Translations under genes and position numbers: made by a program | From: Selaginella moellendorffii | Lineage: Eukaryota; Plantae; Lycopodiophyta | Direction of reading: 5' to 3' | Length of the DNA stretch: 64,000 nt | NCBI RefSeq assembly: GCF_000143415.4 | Contig: NW_003314276.1 | Span: forward strand, 1,242,574 to 1,306,573 | Notes under the pieces: model-generated | The model's input: the letters and a program-made list of their open reading frames with translations, nothing else | Told to the model about the DNA's origin: nothing | Database searches by the model: none | Shown here: piece by piece, positions 12,926-26,896 of the stretch | How positions within the stretch are numbered: position 1 is the first letter of the stretch | Layout of the letters: each line of letters begins with the position of its first letter

Positions 12926-15003
12926 AAAGGCCAAGGCTACTCTTAAATGAATAGTCAAATTGAAATAGAGAAGGGGGTGTCGCTCATGTGGCAAGGATTG
13001 TCAGGGAAGAGCTACATGCTGGGCCTCAACAACGTGGTGGAGCATAGCGACAAGGTTGAAAGTGTGATGAGATCACCAAGAAGACAATCATCCTTCCGGA
13101 CAATGACGACAATAACCATTGCCTGCAACAGTGTGGTAATGAGTAGGAGTGGCAGCCATAGGAGAAGAATGCTTTCAATACATTAAAAACCTCTCATAAT
13201 GCAGGATTCTTTAATTAGATAGTGAATTAATTTTTTAAAAAAATTGTATCATTCTTAAGAATCATTGAAAATATGAAAGTGTGTCATTGTAAAAAAAAGT
13301 AGTTTTTTTATAGAAACTGAAAGTACTTGTAGGATATGTCCACAGCAGATGTTGAGTTTGGTATTATACTCTTTAGACATATCCTTGGAAAACTAAAACC
13401 ATCCAGTCTAGTCCAGTCTCACTATATATAGTCCAATGAGTGTTTTTTAAAGCACCACCTAAGCACCATCGTTCTCAAGAAATGAAAACTTCATGACAAG
13501 CTATAGATGTGAGGCTTAAGTAGGCCTTTAAGCAATTAGTAGAATTCCTTTGCAAGTCCAACAATTCTGGCACAATATGAGCAATTGAAAAATGCAATGC
13601 AAAAACTATGGCTTCACTATAGCTCAATTTCAATATTAAGTAATGCTGAAATCAAGTTTTGCAACACAATTTCACAATTATTAGAAGAACACAAAGCAAC
13701 ACAATAGTGAGAATTTTTTTCATACAAACTGTCTTTATAAATTGTGTTGATGTTTGTATTCTATTAATTATGTTGTAAGTTGTTCTTATAAATTATGCTG
13801 CAATGCAGTTACACAAAAAATTCAATAGTATCTTGTGTAAGCCAAGTAACATTCTTTTATGTTGCATTTTTTTAAAACTAAAAATTTAATTAATTTATTT
13901 TATATAGAAAAAGGAAAACATTTTATTTCAAGAATTACATTTGATTTGATGTTTCATTTTTAATAAGTTGTTCTATTTTCACAAAAATATTCAAATATAA
14001 TTTCTAATACTAAGTTGTTATTTAGACTTTAGTAAGTTATTACCTATTGTGACAAGGGAACTTTAAAATGTGAGAAATTAGTAAATGCTAACATTTCAAA
14101 TTTGAGATGATATTAATTTTAATTTTAATTGACCAGATTCTCACATTATCAAGATGAGTCAATGCAACATTAGTTTCCTTTCCTAATTAAATTTTTTAAT
14201 TGTAACATAAAATTTTAATTTAAAATAACAAATTGAGACAGCTTTTTCATAAAAACTCAAAATAACCTTATTCTTTATAATTTGAATAAGTAGACAATAT
14301 TTGTCATTGTATAGATTATGACATATTCACTTAAATACATCAACTAAAACATTTTTATACTTAATAAAGAGCATTAGCATCAGCTATAATCATGTTATCA
14401 ACATCCACCACAATATTTATATTCTTTATGAATTTTGAAACCAGAATAAAATCATATTATAATCAAAAATTATTTATATATATATATTTTTTATAAAAAA
14501 ACATTGAACCAATAAAATCTCCTTTTAATTTATACCTATTATGAAAAATTAAAATTATAAAATAAATTTAAGTTACATAAATTTAAATATTTTAATAGGT
14601 TTAAATTTAACTAAATCTATAGAAAAATTTAAATTTTACATGGATATTAATTATGAAATAAGAAAGCATGCAGCAACACTTGGTTTGCTTAATCCTATTT
14701 ATTAATCCAATTAATCAAATGGAAGTTTATAATTATAAGCATGTTTATAATTTATAAACACAAGATTAATCTAAAAATGTCAATTTAGAACATAATCTTA
14801 TTTTTAACAAGAGATGATTTTGGTAAGTTATTTATAAAAGGCTAAAAAAGTAACTGTTCATAAAGAATGGAGTTTTTTATGCTTCCAAAAAAAATATGAA
14901 CTTAACTTGTCAAATTTTGTATATTTAAGTTCAAAAAACACATCTATCATCTTTCTTTAAGAAAAAATGCAGTCTTAATTATCATAAATCATTTATATTG
15001 TGT

Positions 15004-15525
15004 TTATGGTAGGCCAAACCAAATAGCTGAAATCTAAAACAGAAGGAGTCTTGTCAGGGATTACAACTTGTAGAATGCTTTGTTGAGAAGTCATTCATTG
15101 TTGGCCCACTTATCTTCTATCATGTGGACTCCAGTGCTCTATATTCTGATTAGCTTATTCATGTCCTTCAAAGTCTTTCTATCTAAATTCCATGTTCTTA
15201 ATGTGCATATCAATCTCAAAACTTCATTTCTAATCATGATCCATCTAGGGAAGAGATTTGTTTTCTAGTGGGGAACTGAGCTAAGGATCAGTCTCAAGTT
15301 TTGTCTAAGAAGTTTTCTCAGTTTCATAAATCGAAAGCGGTGATGCAGTTGGTAAAATTGTTCCTTTGTTGTGGATTGGTTTCTGTTACTGGAGTCATCA
15401 CCCTAACTCATAGCACTAGCATTCTTTCATGAATGTATTAAAGTGGGTATGCATAATATTAGCTTCTCATGAAGTTTGGCTGATATGTGTTTCTGATTTT
15501 CCAACACATCAAATGATAGGGTGCA
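15004..15525 (+). pseudogene. Cytochrome P450 (CYP72 clan) pseudogene, 5' exon remnants
   Basis: Reads GKRFVF*WGTELRI, LFLCCGLVSVTG and AFFHECIK followed by an intron-like segment, resembling CYP72-clan YGKRFxxWxGxEPR and PAFxxExLK; continues after element A; 5' boundary approximate. Confidence 0.65.
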
Positions 15526-15740
15526 TGTTAGGTGCCAGATTTGACCACGTGGTCAACATCAGTCAAAGAAGGGTATATTAAGGCATGTTAGGGTAAAGGA
15601 CTTAACCTACCCTAGGGCTCACAGTGGAGCGGCAGTGCAGTGGAGCTTTTAAGGTGGTCTAGGGGTGGTTGGGTGGTGAGAGGTGGTGTAGTATAGTCTA
15701 GGGCAATTAGATCTTTGTCTTTTTGTGCCGGTTTATAACA
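15526..15740 (+). repeat. 5' LTR of A
   Basis: TG...CA followed by PBS. Confidence 0.9.
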
Positions 15741-15764
15741 TTGGTATTAGAGGAGTTGGTTGTG

Positions 15765-17245
15765 ATGGCTGACCAAGTCGAACGCTAGAATCCTATTGTT
15801 GATGGTGGTGCCAAAGATGGTGCTAACGAAGTTGTAGAGATTTGGACCATTTTGTTCATGAGCTATAAGCCCTTAATCGAAATCAGCAAAAGATGCAAGA
15901 CGAGATGCATGGCATGATGGATACCATGCGTGGCATGTTGAGGCACTCAAGGCTAGACGTGGTAGCGCTCCAAGTAAGCCTTCCTTGGTAGATTGACTCA
16001 AGATTCCAACCTTTTCCAGTGATGGTGGTGTGGATGAATGTCTTGCTTGGCTATATGAAAAAGTTCTTGGCTATTATGGGAAACTCCAGATGTAGAGGCT
16101 TTAGTGGCTATTCCAATGGTTTTGCATGATCTGGGTCTTCAGTGGTGGAATTGGCTTAAAGAGTCTCGTATTACAAATGAGAAACCACTAGTGTTTACCA
16201 TGAACGAGTTTTTTTGCCCCTCACTACGATGTGGAGAATGCTTGCATAGAACTTTGACATTTTCAACAAGGGAAAACTGATGCTCGGGGACTATATTGAA
16301 AAGCTTACTTACTTGATTAGCTATGTTCCAACGAAGGATCCAAATCAAAACAAGTCCTACTTCATTTATGGCCTTCATAGTGAAAGCATGCGGCAACACT
16401 TGTGTCATTCTCAGCCTACAAAGAGTTTGGAAGAGTTCTTTGATGCGGCCCCTTAACAATGACAAGCACAAATCTTGCAAGCATTTGCAAAGTCCTTCTA
16501 TTAAGAATTGTCGTGATGATTGCCATAGTCACAAAGATGGGAACAAGCACCACAAGTTGAAGTTTGTGGTGACTACTTTGGATGCAAAGAAGTCTAAGAA
16601 GCAGAAGTTCTTTATGAAGAATTATAGACAAGATTTTCATCATTGTGGCAAGCTTGGACACTACAAGGCTAATTGTCCATAGCTGAAGAACAAGCAGCAA
16701 GGCAAGAAGAATGACCAATCTTCTACTGACGGGAGGTCAAATACTAAAAAGTTGCAAACTTCGCAGCATGAGGATGACAGGGATGACCATTCCGGTTGGA
16801 GGAAGAAGCTTTTAATCGTTTCTCGTTAACTCAACTATGTGTGGAACAAGATGGAGCTCGAGGATACTCGTGAATCAGCTTTAATGCTGGAGGGCGTGTT
16901 CCATGGCGGTCCAATGCAGATTTTGCTGGATAGATGGAGCAATGATAACTTTGTTTCGGCAAAGTTTGTTATGGAGCATGGCCGGGTCACATGAGGAGTT
17001 CTTCCATACATGGTGGAAAGTGCAATTACCTCTGCTTAGCATTTTGATGCTTGTGTAGAGGCTAGAAGTGTTGGTTGGTAAAACCACACTTATGGAGACT
17101 TTTTATCTCGCGGATATCTATCATGTGGATCTCATCTCCATAACAACAAATTTTATGTGAAGAAGAGCTAATGTGAGTTTGCAAAGTGGAAGGTGGAATA
17201 TCTAAACCATATTGTAACATCTAAGGGTGTCAAGATGGATCCCAA
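15765..17245 (+). pseudogene. Degenerate gag-protease and RT tail of A
   Basis: Zinc knuckle remnant HHCGKLGHYKANCP; protease-like QILLD; jumps at ~17130 to RT C-terminal LHNNKFYVKKS matching ~450-560. Confidence 0.75.
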
Positions 17246-17407
17246 TGTAGCGCATGTGATCATGGGATGAGATTTGGATATACTATCACTGTGGATCCTT
17301 AGAACCTTGGGGGATAAATGGTGATAAAATAGCCACTAAGGGCTCTCTCATCAAGCAATTGCCCCTTTTCCAGTTGGCTTAAGGGGAGAGAGATAAGGTG
17401 TGCTACA
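17246..17407 (+). repeat. Short (162 bp) 5' LTR of D
   Basis: TGTAGCGCA...TGTGCTACA; 17260-17407 repeated at 33066-33213. Confidence 0.88.
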
Positions 17408-17598
17408 TTTGGTATCAGAGAAATTGTCTTAGCAATACCTATCCAACTTTTGTCGGATTTTCTAACTCAAGTTGCATATGCAGAGACTTTTCTAGTAGAT
17501 CCGAAGCGACCTATGTAGGATTAGTTGGATAACACCATTTGGTAAAAACGTTGTATGCATGTTCAATTACTGATAGAGGCATGCATGTAGCTAGCAGG

Positions 17599-19608
17599 AT
17601 GGTGAAGAGGAACCATGCTGATGACGCTGAAACCTCTAGATGGGCGAATTGAGAGGAGGAAACTTCTGCTAGAGATGCTGCAGAAGAGGCTAAGGCCGAG
17701 TCAGAAGAGGAAGAGCCAAATGCTGCGGCATTGCAGCATACGGCTCAGGAAGTGGAGATTGAGAATTTGCGAAGGGAAGTTTGCAAATTGAAGAAGGAGA
17801 ACAAGAAGAGGAAGAAAGAAGCTGAGGCAGTTAAACCAGCTAAACCTAAGCAACCGGACTCCTCTTCAAGTTTTGAGGACGATGAAGTTCTGCAGCCACC
17901 CCTGGTTGCACGAGTTTCAAAGTTCAAGCCTCCAAAACCACCCAATTTCAGAAGCATGCGAGACTATCAGGTTTTGGAAGACTGGGTTTACGATATGGAA
18001 ATTTATTTCATAGTGGCAGACGTAGATGATCGTACGAAAGTTGCGTGCGCGCAATCCTTTCTTACCGATCATGCCAAAACTTGTTGGCGCCAGGTGTGTG
18101 CTAAAAAAGGGTAGACTAGAAGTTGGACCAAGATGCGGTCTCGTATCCGTAAGGAATACTTGCCGGATGATCTTGGTTTGAGACTTCGTGCGGAGCTGCG
18201 ACGATTAAAGCAGCGTGGGGACCTTATGCATTACGTTAATGCATTTGCTCAGAAGCGCATTATGATTGCAAATATGAGTGACGAAGATGCTCGGAGTTAT
18301 TTTTTGGAGGGTTTAAGTTCATTTTCTCGCAATGAGATTTTGAAGTTTAAGCCGAAGACATACCTGGAGTGTAAGGAGGTAGCACAGCAAGTTGCTTTTA
18401 GTCACTTGCTCATGGAACAATATCATCAACCACATGTTAGTAACTCAGATAAGAATAGAAATTCTGGGAATAAGCAAGGTGATCAGAAACAAAGGGTGGA
18501 AAGTAGGTACCGCCCTGGGGGCTCACAAGCTACAGTTAACAAAGGTGGTGGTGGTTGGAGACCACCAGCTGCTTCTTCTAGTCCTAGGCCCTCTGTTCCT
18601 CCTCTTGGTGGGTACAAGCAGCAGCAACTTGCAAAACCTACTCCTAGTAGAATGGGTAGTGTGGGTCATTGCTTCCATTGTGGAGAGTCGGGACATAGGT
18701 CCTCGGAATGTCCCAACAAGCATAAGACAAGGTCTCGTGTTAATGTCATGAGGGAAGACGGTGGTGGTGAAGCTGAAGGGGTTGATGAGTTGGTCAATGC
18801 AGACTATGAGGAAGAAGAGGTGAGTAACTTTCGTTGCTTTCCTCAATCTTTTCTTGTAGTCAATGCAAACACTGATCTGTTGATGTATCTGGTAGGCTTT
18901 GTCCATGGACACTGAATTCGAGTGATGATTGACACAAGAGCTACGCACAGTGTGATATCCGAAGACTTAGTTAAGTTGTTAGGATTGAATGCTGAGCAAA
19001 TGTCTCCTATGCACTTCCGGTTTGCAGAAGGTGGGCAAGTAGCCAGAAAGTTTGTGAGTGATGTTCCAATGAAAATATCCAAGTGGAAAGAAAGAGTGGA
19101 CTTAGTAGTGTTGAAGATACCAGATTTTCAGATGGTGTTTGGTATGGACTTCTTCAACAAATAAATAAAAGGGATTTATGGTGCTGGACAACGTCGTATC
19201 ATGTTGAAATCAAAAGGACGTCCCGTTGTATCCTTCCAGTTGCAAAAGCATTCCTCAAAGGATTGGGATGCAAAGTTCCTGATTGCGAGGGACGCTCAAA
19301 AAGCAGCTAAGAAGGGATGTTGGACCTTTTGGGTTTAAGTGATGGAAGCTGAGGGTGTTGGTGACTCAGTTTGAATCGGCGACGGGGTTGACCCTGTACC
19401 AAAGAAGATATTGGAGTTGTTGGTGAGGAATCAGGATATCTTCCCAAAGGATTTGCCATCAGGGTTACATCCTAGCCATGAGGTTGATCATTAGATTGAG
19501 GTTATTCCAAGTTCTAAACCACCTATGAAAGCTCCATATCGGTTGAACATCAAGGAGATGGCTGAACTCAAGAAGCAACTCATAGAGCTTCTTGACAAAG
19601 GTCATATC
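17599..19608 (+). pseudogene. gag-protease and RT start of D (premature stops)
   Basis: KPPNF..LEDW..DME gag core; CCHC CFHCGESGHRSSEC; protease MIDTRATHS; ends LLDKGHI at the B2 insertion. Confidence 0.9.
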
Positions 19609-20738
19609 TGTAGCGCACGTGGTTTTGACCCTTTATCCTATAGTGATTTACCATAGGATAACACCACGAAGCGGAACCTAAACCCTCTTTGTGCCACGTG
19701 TCACATGCCACGTGTCCATGCCACGTGTCCACAGGAACCCAAGGTTCAGGGCCTTGGGCCACTGAACGAAGGAACGGTGCCAAAACTCCCAAGCACGAAG
19801 CCAAGGAGTGACGGAACCGAACCACGAAGCAACTCCCGAGTGTACAGCCCAAGGAGCGAAGGGACAGGAGCCCGGAGCGACTTGGAACAGTCCTAGAGCA
19901 ACCAGCATCCCAATGCCAGGACCAGCACACAAAACGGAGCCAAACGGAGTCTGGCGCTATTTTGGCATACCGGTGGCCTAACGTGAGGACATGGGTACTC
20001 CACCAGCTAGCATGGAATGGAACTTGGGCTTAGACCCAAGCCGGACGCAGAACAAGGACAGGCACGCAAGCAGGAGCTAGACTATGCCTCAGGTTGGTCG
20101 GCCATGCCCGACCTACCCACTATCCCTACTATACATTTGGAACCCCCCATAGCCCCCCCCCCTTGAGGAACACACGCTTTGGGCTTTCACCCCAAGCCTC
20201 CCTTAGTATCAGGAGTTAGTCTCTGGGACAAGCTCGAAACTTACTAATTATGGAATGTCCCTAGATTGCGAATTTGGACACGGGACAAACACCATTGTGT
20301 ACAGAACGATCTCTACATTCCGTAGATATGCCAAATGAGCAAATCTGGACACTTTCCATAAATAGCATTTGGGACAAATTAAGACTAACACAAAGGGCAT
20401 GATAGCGAGGGTGTTTGGCAGACACGGTAAGCTATCATCTAGCGATGTTGAGGGACCAATCTCAATATCGCGGGGGTTCTTGATACTAGCAAGTGCAAGC
20501 CAATGACACAAGTTTCTCAAACCAGGCCGAGTATGCTCAGCAAGAAACACATAGGGTTCCTACCTTATGTTTATCCAATCTAAGTGCATGTTCATTGACC
20601 AGTTTCTCAACTAGTTCAAGTGGGAACTGATAACGGGTCTAGCAATACCGACCTCCTGCCATCGTGGCAGTAAGGTAAGAGTGTCCGTAAGGACTGGCCG
20701 ACAGGTAACTTTTGATACCTGAAGTCACATTCGCGACA
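19609..20738 (-). repeat. 3' LTR of B2
   Basis: Near-identical to 25745-26891; adjacent to PPT. Confidence 0.95.
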
Positions 20739-23700
20739 CTCTCCCCCCCTTGGGAAGATCGACGTCCTCGTCGATGCATACTCGAGTCTAGAATACCGCC
20801 AAGGAAACAACTCCAGAAAAAGTTCACGGTACTCACACTATATGAGAAATACACCAACTTAAATGAGTTAGGGGGTAACCTCTTTGTCTAACGCGGATGC
20901 GCTACCAGCTCAGACACCTTCCGGCCGTCGCCGACAAGGAAATGACCAACGGAGTCAGCCACCCTTGCTGCTCTGGGAGTCACCCAGCTTACAAAAGTGT
21001 GATATGCCCCTGCCCGCAGAGACATAGAGAGAGAAGCCAGAGGCCCCAACCCTCCTAAGCAAAGAAACCAAACCCGTCGGTAAGGTTTAGATAGACTACT
21101 GTAAACAGGCAGTTAGAGTTGTTTACACGGTCACGCCCTTTCACAGAACAAGGAACATCGACAGAGAGGCGGGTTATGTGACCAGTCGACAGTAGCTACC
21201 CCATGACTAGAGATTTCACCATGCACACGAAGTGCCGAAGCCAGTCTGCCCATTACTAGCCCAAAATTCAAAGATCAATAGATGGACAATATCAAAGTCA
21301 GAGACAATGATATCTTAGAGACTTAATTATCAGTGAATAAAGCTTAGATTAGAACACAAAAGTATTCCAAGTAAGTTATCATCCGATAAACTAGTATTAT
21401 AGTATAAGAACCACAAAGATCACTATCATTGGAAAACATAGGAATGACCATCCAACAAAATTTAATAGCAAGTGTATCATCAAGAAAATTTAATGACTAA
21501 ACTTAACTATCAAAGATTGCAGATAGAATGCCAAACAACTTATAAAAGATAACTCAAAGAACACAAAGTATCATTGACTGACAAGCAAAATGCTCGCGAA
21601 TGTATCACCCAAAGGAAATAACATCCAAATCTATCAAAACTAACTTGAGCAACAATCAACAGAAGAGAATGAATGCGGTAAGACCAACAAACACTCATTC
21701 GTGCCAACTATCACAAAAACCAATCTGAATAGATCCCAACCAATAATACTAAGGAACTCAAGTTGCCTAAGCAAGTGTCAGCAACATCCTACTGATGTCT
21801 CAAACCCAAGAGACCAATCCAGAGCAAATCACAAAGAACATGTGATATTGTGAAAAGCCACAAGCCATCAAAGAGAACAACTAACCACCATAAAAGATCA
21901 TCAATCATTCTATCAATAGAGAAATGCATAATCATCATCGAAGAAAGAATCGACTATCCCGAAGAACAGCAAATCATTCTATACCAACAATAATCAAGCA
22001 AAACCCTTGACAAGGATAATCAACTATCTTAGATGATAGTCAATTATCACCAATGATTGCTAGATGCAAAAGCAAACTTCAACATCGAAGCTAATGAGCC
22101 AAAATGCCTTCCCCAACAACTTCTAACAAATGGAACAATGAGCATAAAACTCAAAGAACCAAAGCTTGAAGAAGCCTATAGCCAAGTCTTGCCTAATAAT
22201 GATCACAAGTCTCATAAAAGCTAACTTCAATGTGAAAGAAGAAATCGTGATGCAACTCATAATATCTTCCTCAACACATCCATAAGCCAAACTTCATAAT
22301 GCTAAAGCTAATGAAGAGCATTTCTGCATCAATCCAAAAGCTAAGCACAATGGAGCTATGCTCAACAAGTGATCACTAAATGATCCTCCATGAATCCATC
22401 TATAGCAAGACATAACTCACTTCATAGCAAGCACAAGAAGAATCATCAATGATTGATATATTTCAACTAAAATCCCATAAGGATTCAAAATATTCCAACA
22501 TCGATCACTAACTCTCCCACTTGTAGAGTTAGTATAGTCCATGACTAAATCACTTTTCAAGGAAAAGCTCAAAGCTCAACCCCTACTAAATAATCTCGTC
22601 TAGAACACAACTAACTCAACTTGCCACTCAGTTCGTTTGAACGTCCACACAGTTGCTAACTAGCAAAATGCACAAATGCCAACAACACAAAGCTATAGCC
22701 AAATCATCAACACCATATTCATCAAGACTAATGAAACTCAATATCAATCCTTGGAAGGATATCTCATTTCACTCAGATTTCAATATCAACAATATCAATG
22801 ACAAGGCATCACTTCAATGCCATCAACATCAGGACAAAGCTAGAAGAAAGCAAGAGTGAATCACCACTCGGAGCTTTCCAGCAACCAAGCTAACCAAAGT
22901 CGAAGATACTATACTTAGTATCCGAGACCAATCCTTCAGCAATACTCAGTTACAGATAACATTTCATCAAAGAGTGAATCACCACATCCAAGACTCAATG
23001 AAATCCAACACCACGGACTAAACGTAACCAAATGATATCGACAGAGATAGAATCGATATACTAACATAGAAAACCTATGCAAGTCTAACGACACGATCCT
23101 CCGCAACACCATCCGGTAAAGCAAGCCCATCACTGCTAAATCATCATCGAGCAAAGCAAGTGTCAACTGTCCTTGATGAAGTCTACAAGTAATCACTAGT
23201 CGCAAAGCAACTAACAATCACTCTTCAACTTGCGTTCACAAGACCCAAACACCAACTCATATCATCGAGTCACATACTTGTCCAACATGAACATAATACC
23301 CCAGGTACGAGATAAAAGTTCATAGACAAGCACAAACTAAATGACCACTCGAATCCAACTCAACCGCAATAAGCTCACTAATGCATTTAGTCAATAGCTC
23401 TGAACATGCCTTAAAGAGGCTAGCTATGCATGATCAACACTCAGTCGAAACTAAAGTGAAGACCATGAGATGGACTCATATTGGTACACAACCTCCTCAT
23501 AGACAAAGCTATAGTATGGGTACCAACATCTCAACCTCAAACAACTAAGTTGGACATCACCATCCTCAGCCAAGGTGCAGCCACCAAGATCAAGTCAAGA
23601 TCAGTGAGAGCTCACTACTCTCATAGAGTCTAACATAATGCAAGGTGCAAACTGCCACCAAGCACAATGCTACAAAAGAAAGGCACAAGGGTCACCTTTC

Positions 23701-25744
23701 TTAGAAAAGCACAACAGCCACTTTTCTACACCAACTCCAGACTCTATCCAACTCAATTGCTCTAGCCCCAAAAGTTAGCATCCCTTTCGGGCCGCATCAT
23801 ACAAACTACCTACTAAGATCTAAGCCAACCGAAGTCAACTCCAACCCCTTCACTAGTTTGTACTGGCTTACGAAAACGGAATGGTTTTCGAGCAAAGTGA
23901 CCAACAGATCAGCCATTGGAGAAGTTTAAGAAAATTTGTGGAAAATTTCCCATCCTAAAGAAAGAATGACTCTCAGTCCAGGATTGCAAACTTTCAAGAC
24001 TCAACCAACTTCCTCCTACCTACAACTTCACATAGGTTCACCTCAACACAAATTCTCATGATCCATCAATATGCTTAAGCATCGAACATCTTTGCCCATT
24101 TTTCCAATATCCAACACCGACATCCGCAAAGTGCAAAATGAACATCCAAGGCTTGATCACGAAGACCACATCTTCGGATATCCATATTGCACTAACACTC
24201 TTCTTCAATCACCTTCAAGATCCAATGTGAAGCCAAAACACTAACAAGAAAAATGACATGAAAAATCAAGGTCCAAGGAAAATTCCTCATCACTTGAAAT
24301 AACAATGCCACTTCCACTAACACAAGTGCTAGTGACGTCAATGCCCCAACTCCACATCTTCTCCATCCAACAATCTACTCCAAGTGCTAACGGATCAACC
24401 GACAAGGTATAGCAAATGAATGCTACAACCCTTTTCCAACACCTTAGTGGGCAAACTTAAGAAAACAAGGTACTAACTTAAGCTTAGCATAATGGACCAC
24501 TATAGAGAATCCAGTCAAAGCTACTACAATGCTACTTTGTGCAAGTAGATTAGCTTCTCCATCAACCACTTTGGGGTTGATCATCATTTACCCAAGCAAC
24601 TTCGTAAACGCATTACTCTTTATCACATGGATATGATATAAGCATCACAATGACTTGATCATCAATTGAGTAACGCAATGAGCAATGCCTATGTCATTAC
24701 TTCAAATGTTTATGTGAGTATCAAATGCCAACTCGATTCGACAAAATGTAACATAAATGCCACACTCCACTAATAGAGGTTTACGACACCCAACACCACT
24801 AACTTTTGTTCACAACACGGACAAGCTCATGCCACTCTCTTTCCGACCAAACTCAACACTAATCCAACACCAAGCTACTCAAGGAGCAATAGCAAGGTTC
24901 CCTGGAAAAGAATTGAGCATTGCAACCCAAGTCTTCCAATAGCGAGCCTAGACAAAATGGTTTAGTGTTTCACCACTATCCATCCCATAACTCACCACTT
25001 GTAAGACCATCATTTCCAACATGCATCAAGGTAGGGACTCTTGATTGCATAATGTGAACACAAGCAATGAGTTAACACCTCGTTGCAAATCATCTCTCCT
25101 AGAAGAGAAAATGATTTACGTATTTGATCCTCTGTCCCCGATGAGTCTCTTTCCGGTCTCATCTTTGACCAAACCTCAAACTTGCTTTCGCACTGCCTTC
25201 AGTTCAATCGAAGAAAAGTTTATAAGAGAGCACGGCAATAATTACTTGAACCAATAGACTATTCCCTATAGTCTTGATTGATCCACTTATAATCATGCCT
25301 AGGAAGGATCCACTAGTGCCGTGCTAAACAGCTACAGACCAGCCTATTTGCCACTCATAGCAAACCTAGGTAGGTTTGCTTTCACCCATGGTACAAGGAA
25401 TAACTCATGGAACCATTGGAACCACTCATGGAACCACCAATAGGCTAACATTAATCCTGCCAACTCAAAGTGCAACCTTGAGTTGCTAATGTGCCTCACT
25501 CATGAGCCCAAGAGCAAACTCATGCTACTGGAACAATTCAAATCCATCTTATGAGCCTAAGAGCAAGCTCACATAATTACGGTACAAGAAGGTAACCAAA
25601 TCCATACCCAAGGAACCAATGCGAAGTCTTTGCACCCAAACGTGTACCCACTCGGATCATCGTTTTCATCTCTGCGTATGCAACGAGACTAGTTGCCCAA
25701 TCTCATTGAATAGTACTCGCTGAGACTCATCCTCTAATACCAAA

Positions 25745-26891
25745 TGTAGCGCACGTGGTTTTGACCCTTTATCCTATGGTGATTTACCATAGGATAACAC
25801 CACGAAGCGGAACCTAAACCCTCTTTGTGCCACGTGACAGATGCCACGTGTCACATGCCACGTGTCCATGCCACGTGTCCACAGGAACCCAAGGTTCAGG
25901 GCCTTGGGCCACTGAATGAAGGAACGGTGCCAAAACTCCCAAGCACGAAGCCAAGGAGTGACGGAACCGAACCACGAAGCAACTCCCGAGTGTACAGCCC
26001 AAGGAGCGAAGGGACAGGAGCCCGGAGCGACTTGGAACAGTCCTAGAGCAACCAGCATCCCAATGCCAGGACCAGCACACAAAACGGAGCCAAACGGAGT
26101 CTGGCGCTATTTTGGCATACCGGTGGCCTAACGTAAGGACATGGGTACTCCACCAGCTAGCATGGAATGGAACTTGGGCTTAGACCCAAGCCGGACGCAG
26201 AACAAGGACAGGCATGCAAGCGGGAGCTAGACTATGCCTCAGGTTGGTCGGCCATGCCCGACCTACCCACTATCCCTACTATACATTTAGAACCCCCCAT
26301 AGCCCCCCCCCCTCCTTGAGGAACACACGCTTTGGGCTTTCACCCCAAGCCTCCCTTAGTATCAGGAGTTAGTCTCTGGGACAAGCTCGAAACTTACTAA
26401 TTATGGAATGTCCCTAGATTGCGAATTTGGACACGGGACGAACACCATTGTGTACAGAACGATCTCTACATTCCGTAGATATGCCAAATGAGCAAATCTG
26501 GACACTTTCCATAAATAGCATTTGGGACAAATTAAGACTAACACAAAGGGCATGATAGCGAGGGTGTTTGGCAGACACGGTAAGCTATCATCTAGCGATG
26601 TTGAGGGACCAATCTCAATATCGCGGGGGTTCTTGATACTAGCAAGTGCAAGCCAATGACACAAGTTTCTCAAACCAGGCCGAGTATGCTCAGCAAGAAA
26701 CACATAGGGTTCCTACCTTATGTTTATCCAATCTAAGTGCATGTTCATTGACTAGTTTCTCAACTAGTTCAAGTGGGAACTGATAACGGGTTCAGCAATA
26801 CCGACCTCCTGCCATCGTGGCAGTAAGGTAAGAGTGTCCGTAAGGACTGGCCGACAGGTAACTTTCGATACCTGAAGTCACATTCACGACA
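25745..26891 (-). repeat. 5' LTR of B2
   Basis: Adjacent to PBS. Confidence 0.95.
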
Positions 26892-26896
26892 ATATC

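Larger units (their letters stand above)
19609..26891 (-). mobile_element. Non-autonomous LARD-like LTR element B2, complete
   Basis: LTRs 19609-20738 and 25745-26891; perfect TSD ATATC; PBS 25732-25742 (minus); PPT at 20739-20751 (minus); ~5-kb interior without coding capacity. Confidence 0.95.

Noticed and set aside
13190-15000. AT-rich stretch as a MITE, Helitron or P450 promoter
   Set aside because: I could not identify TIRs, a TSD, a terminal hairpin or a supportable promoter.
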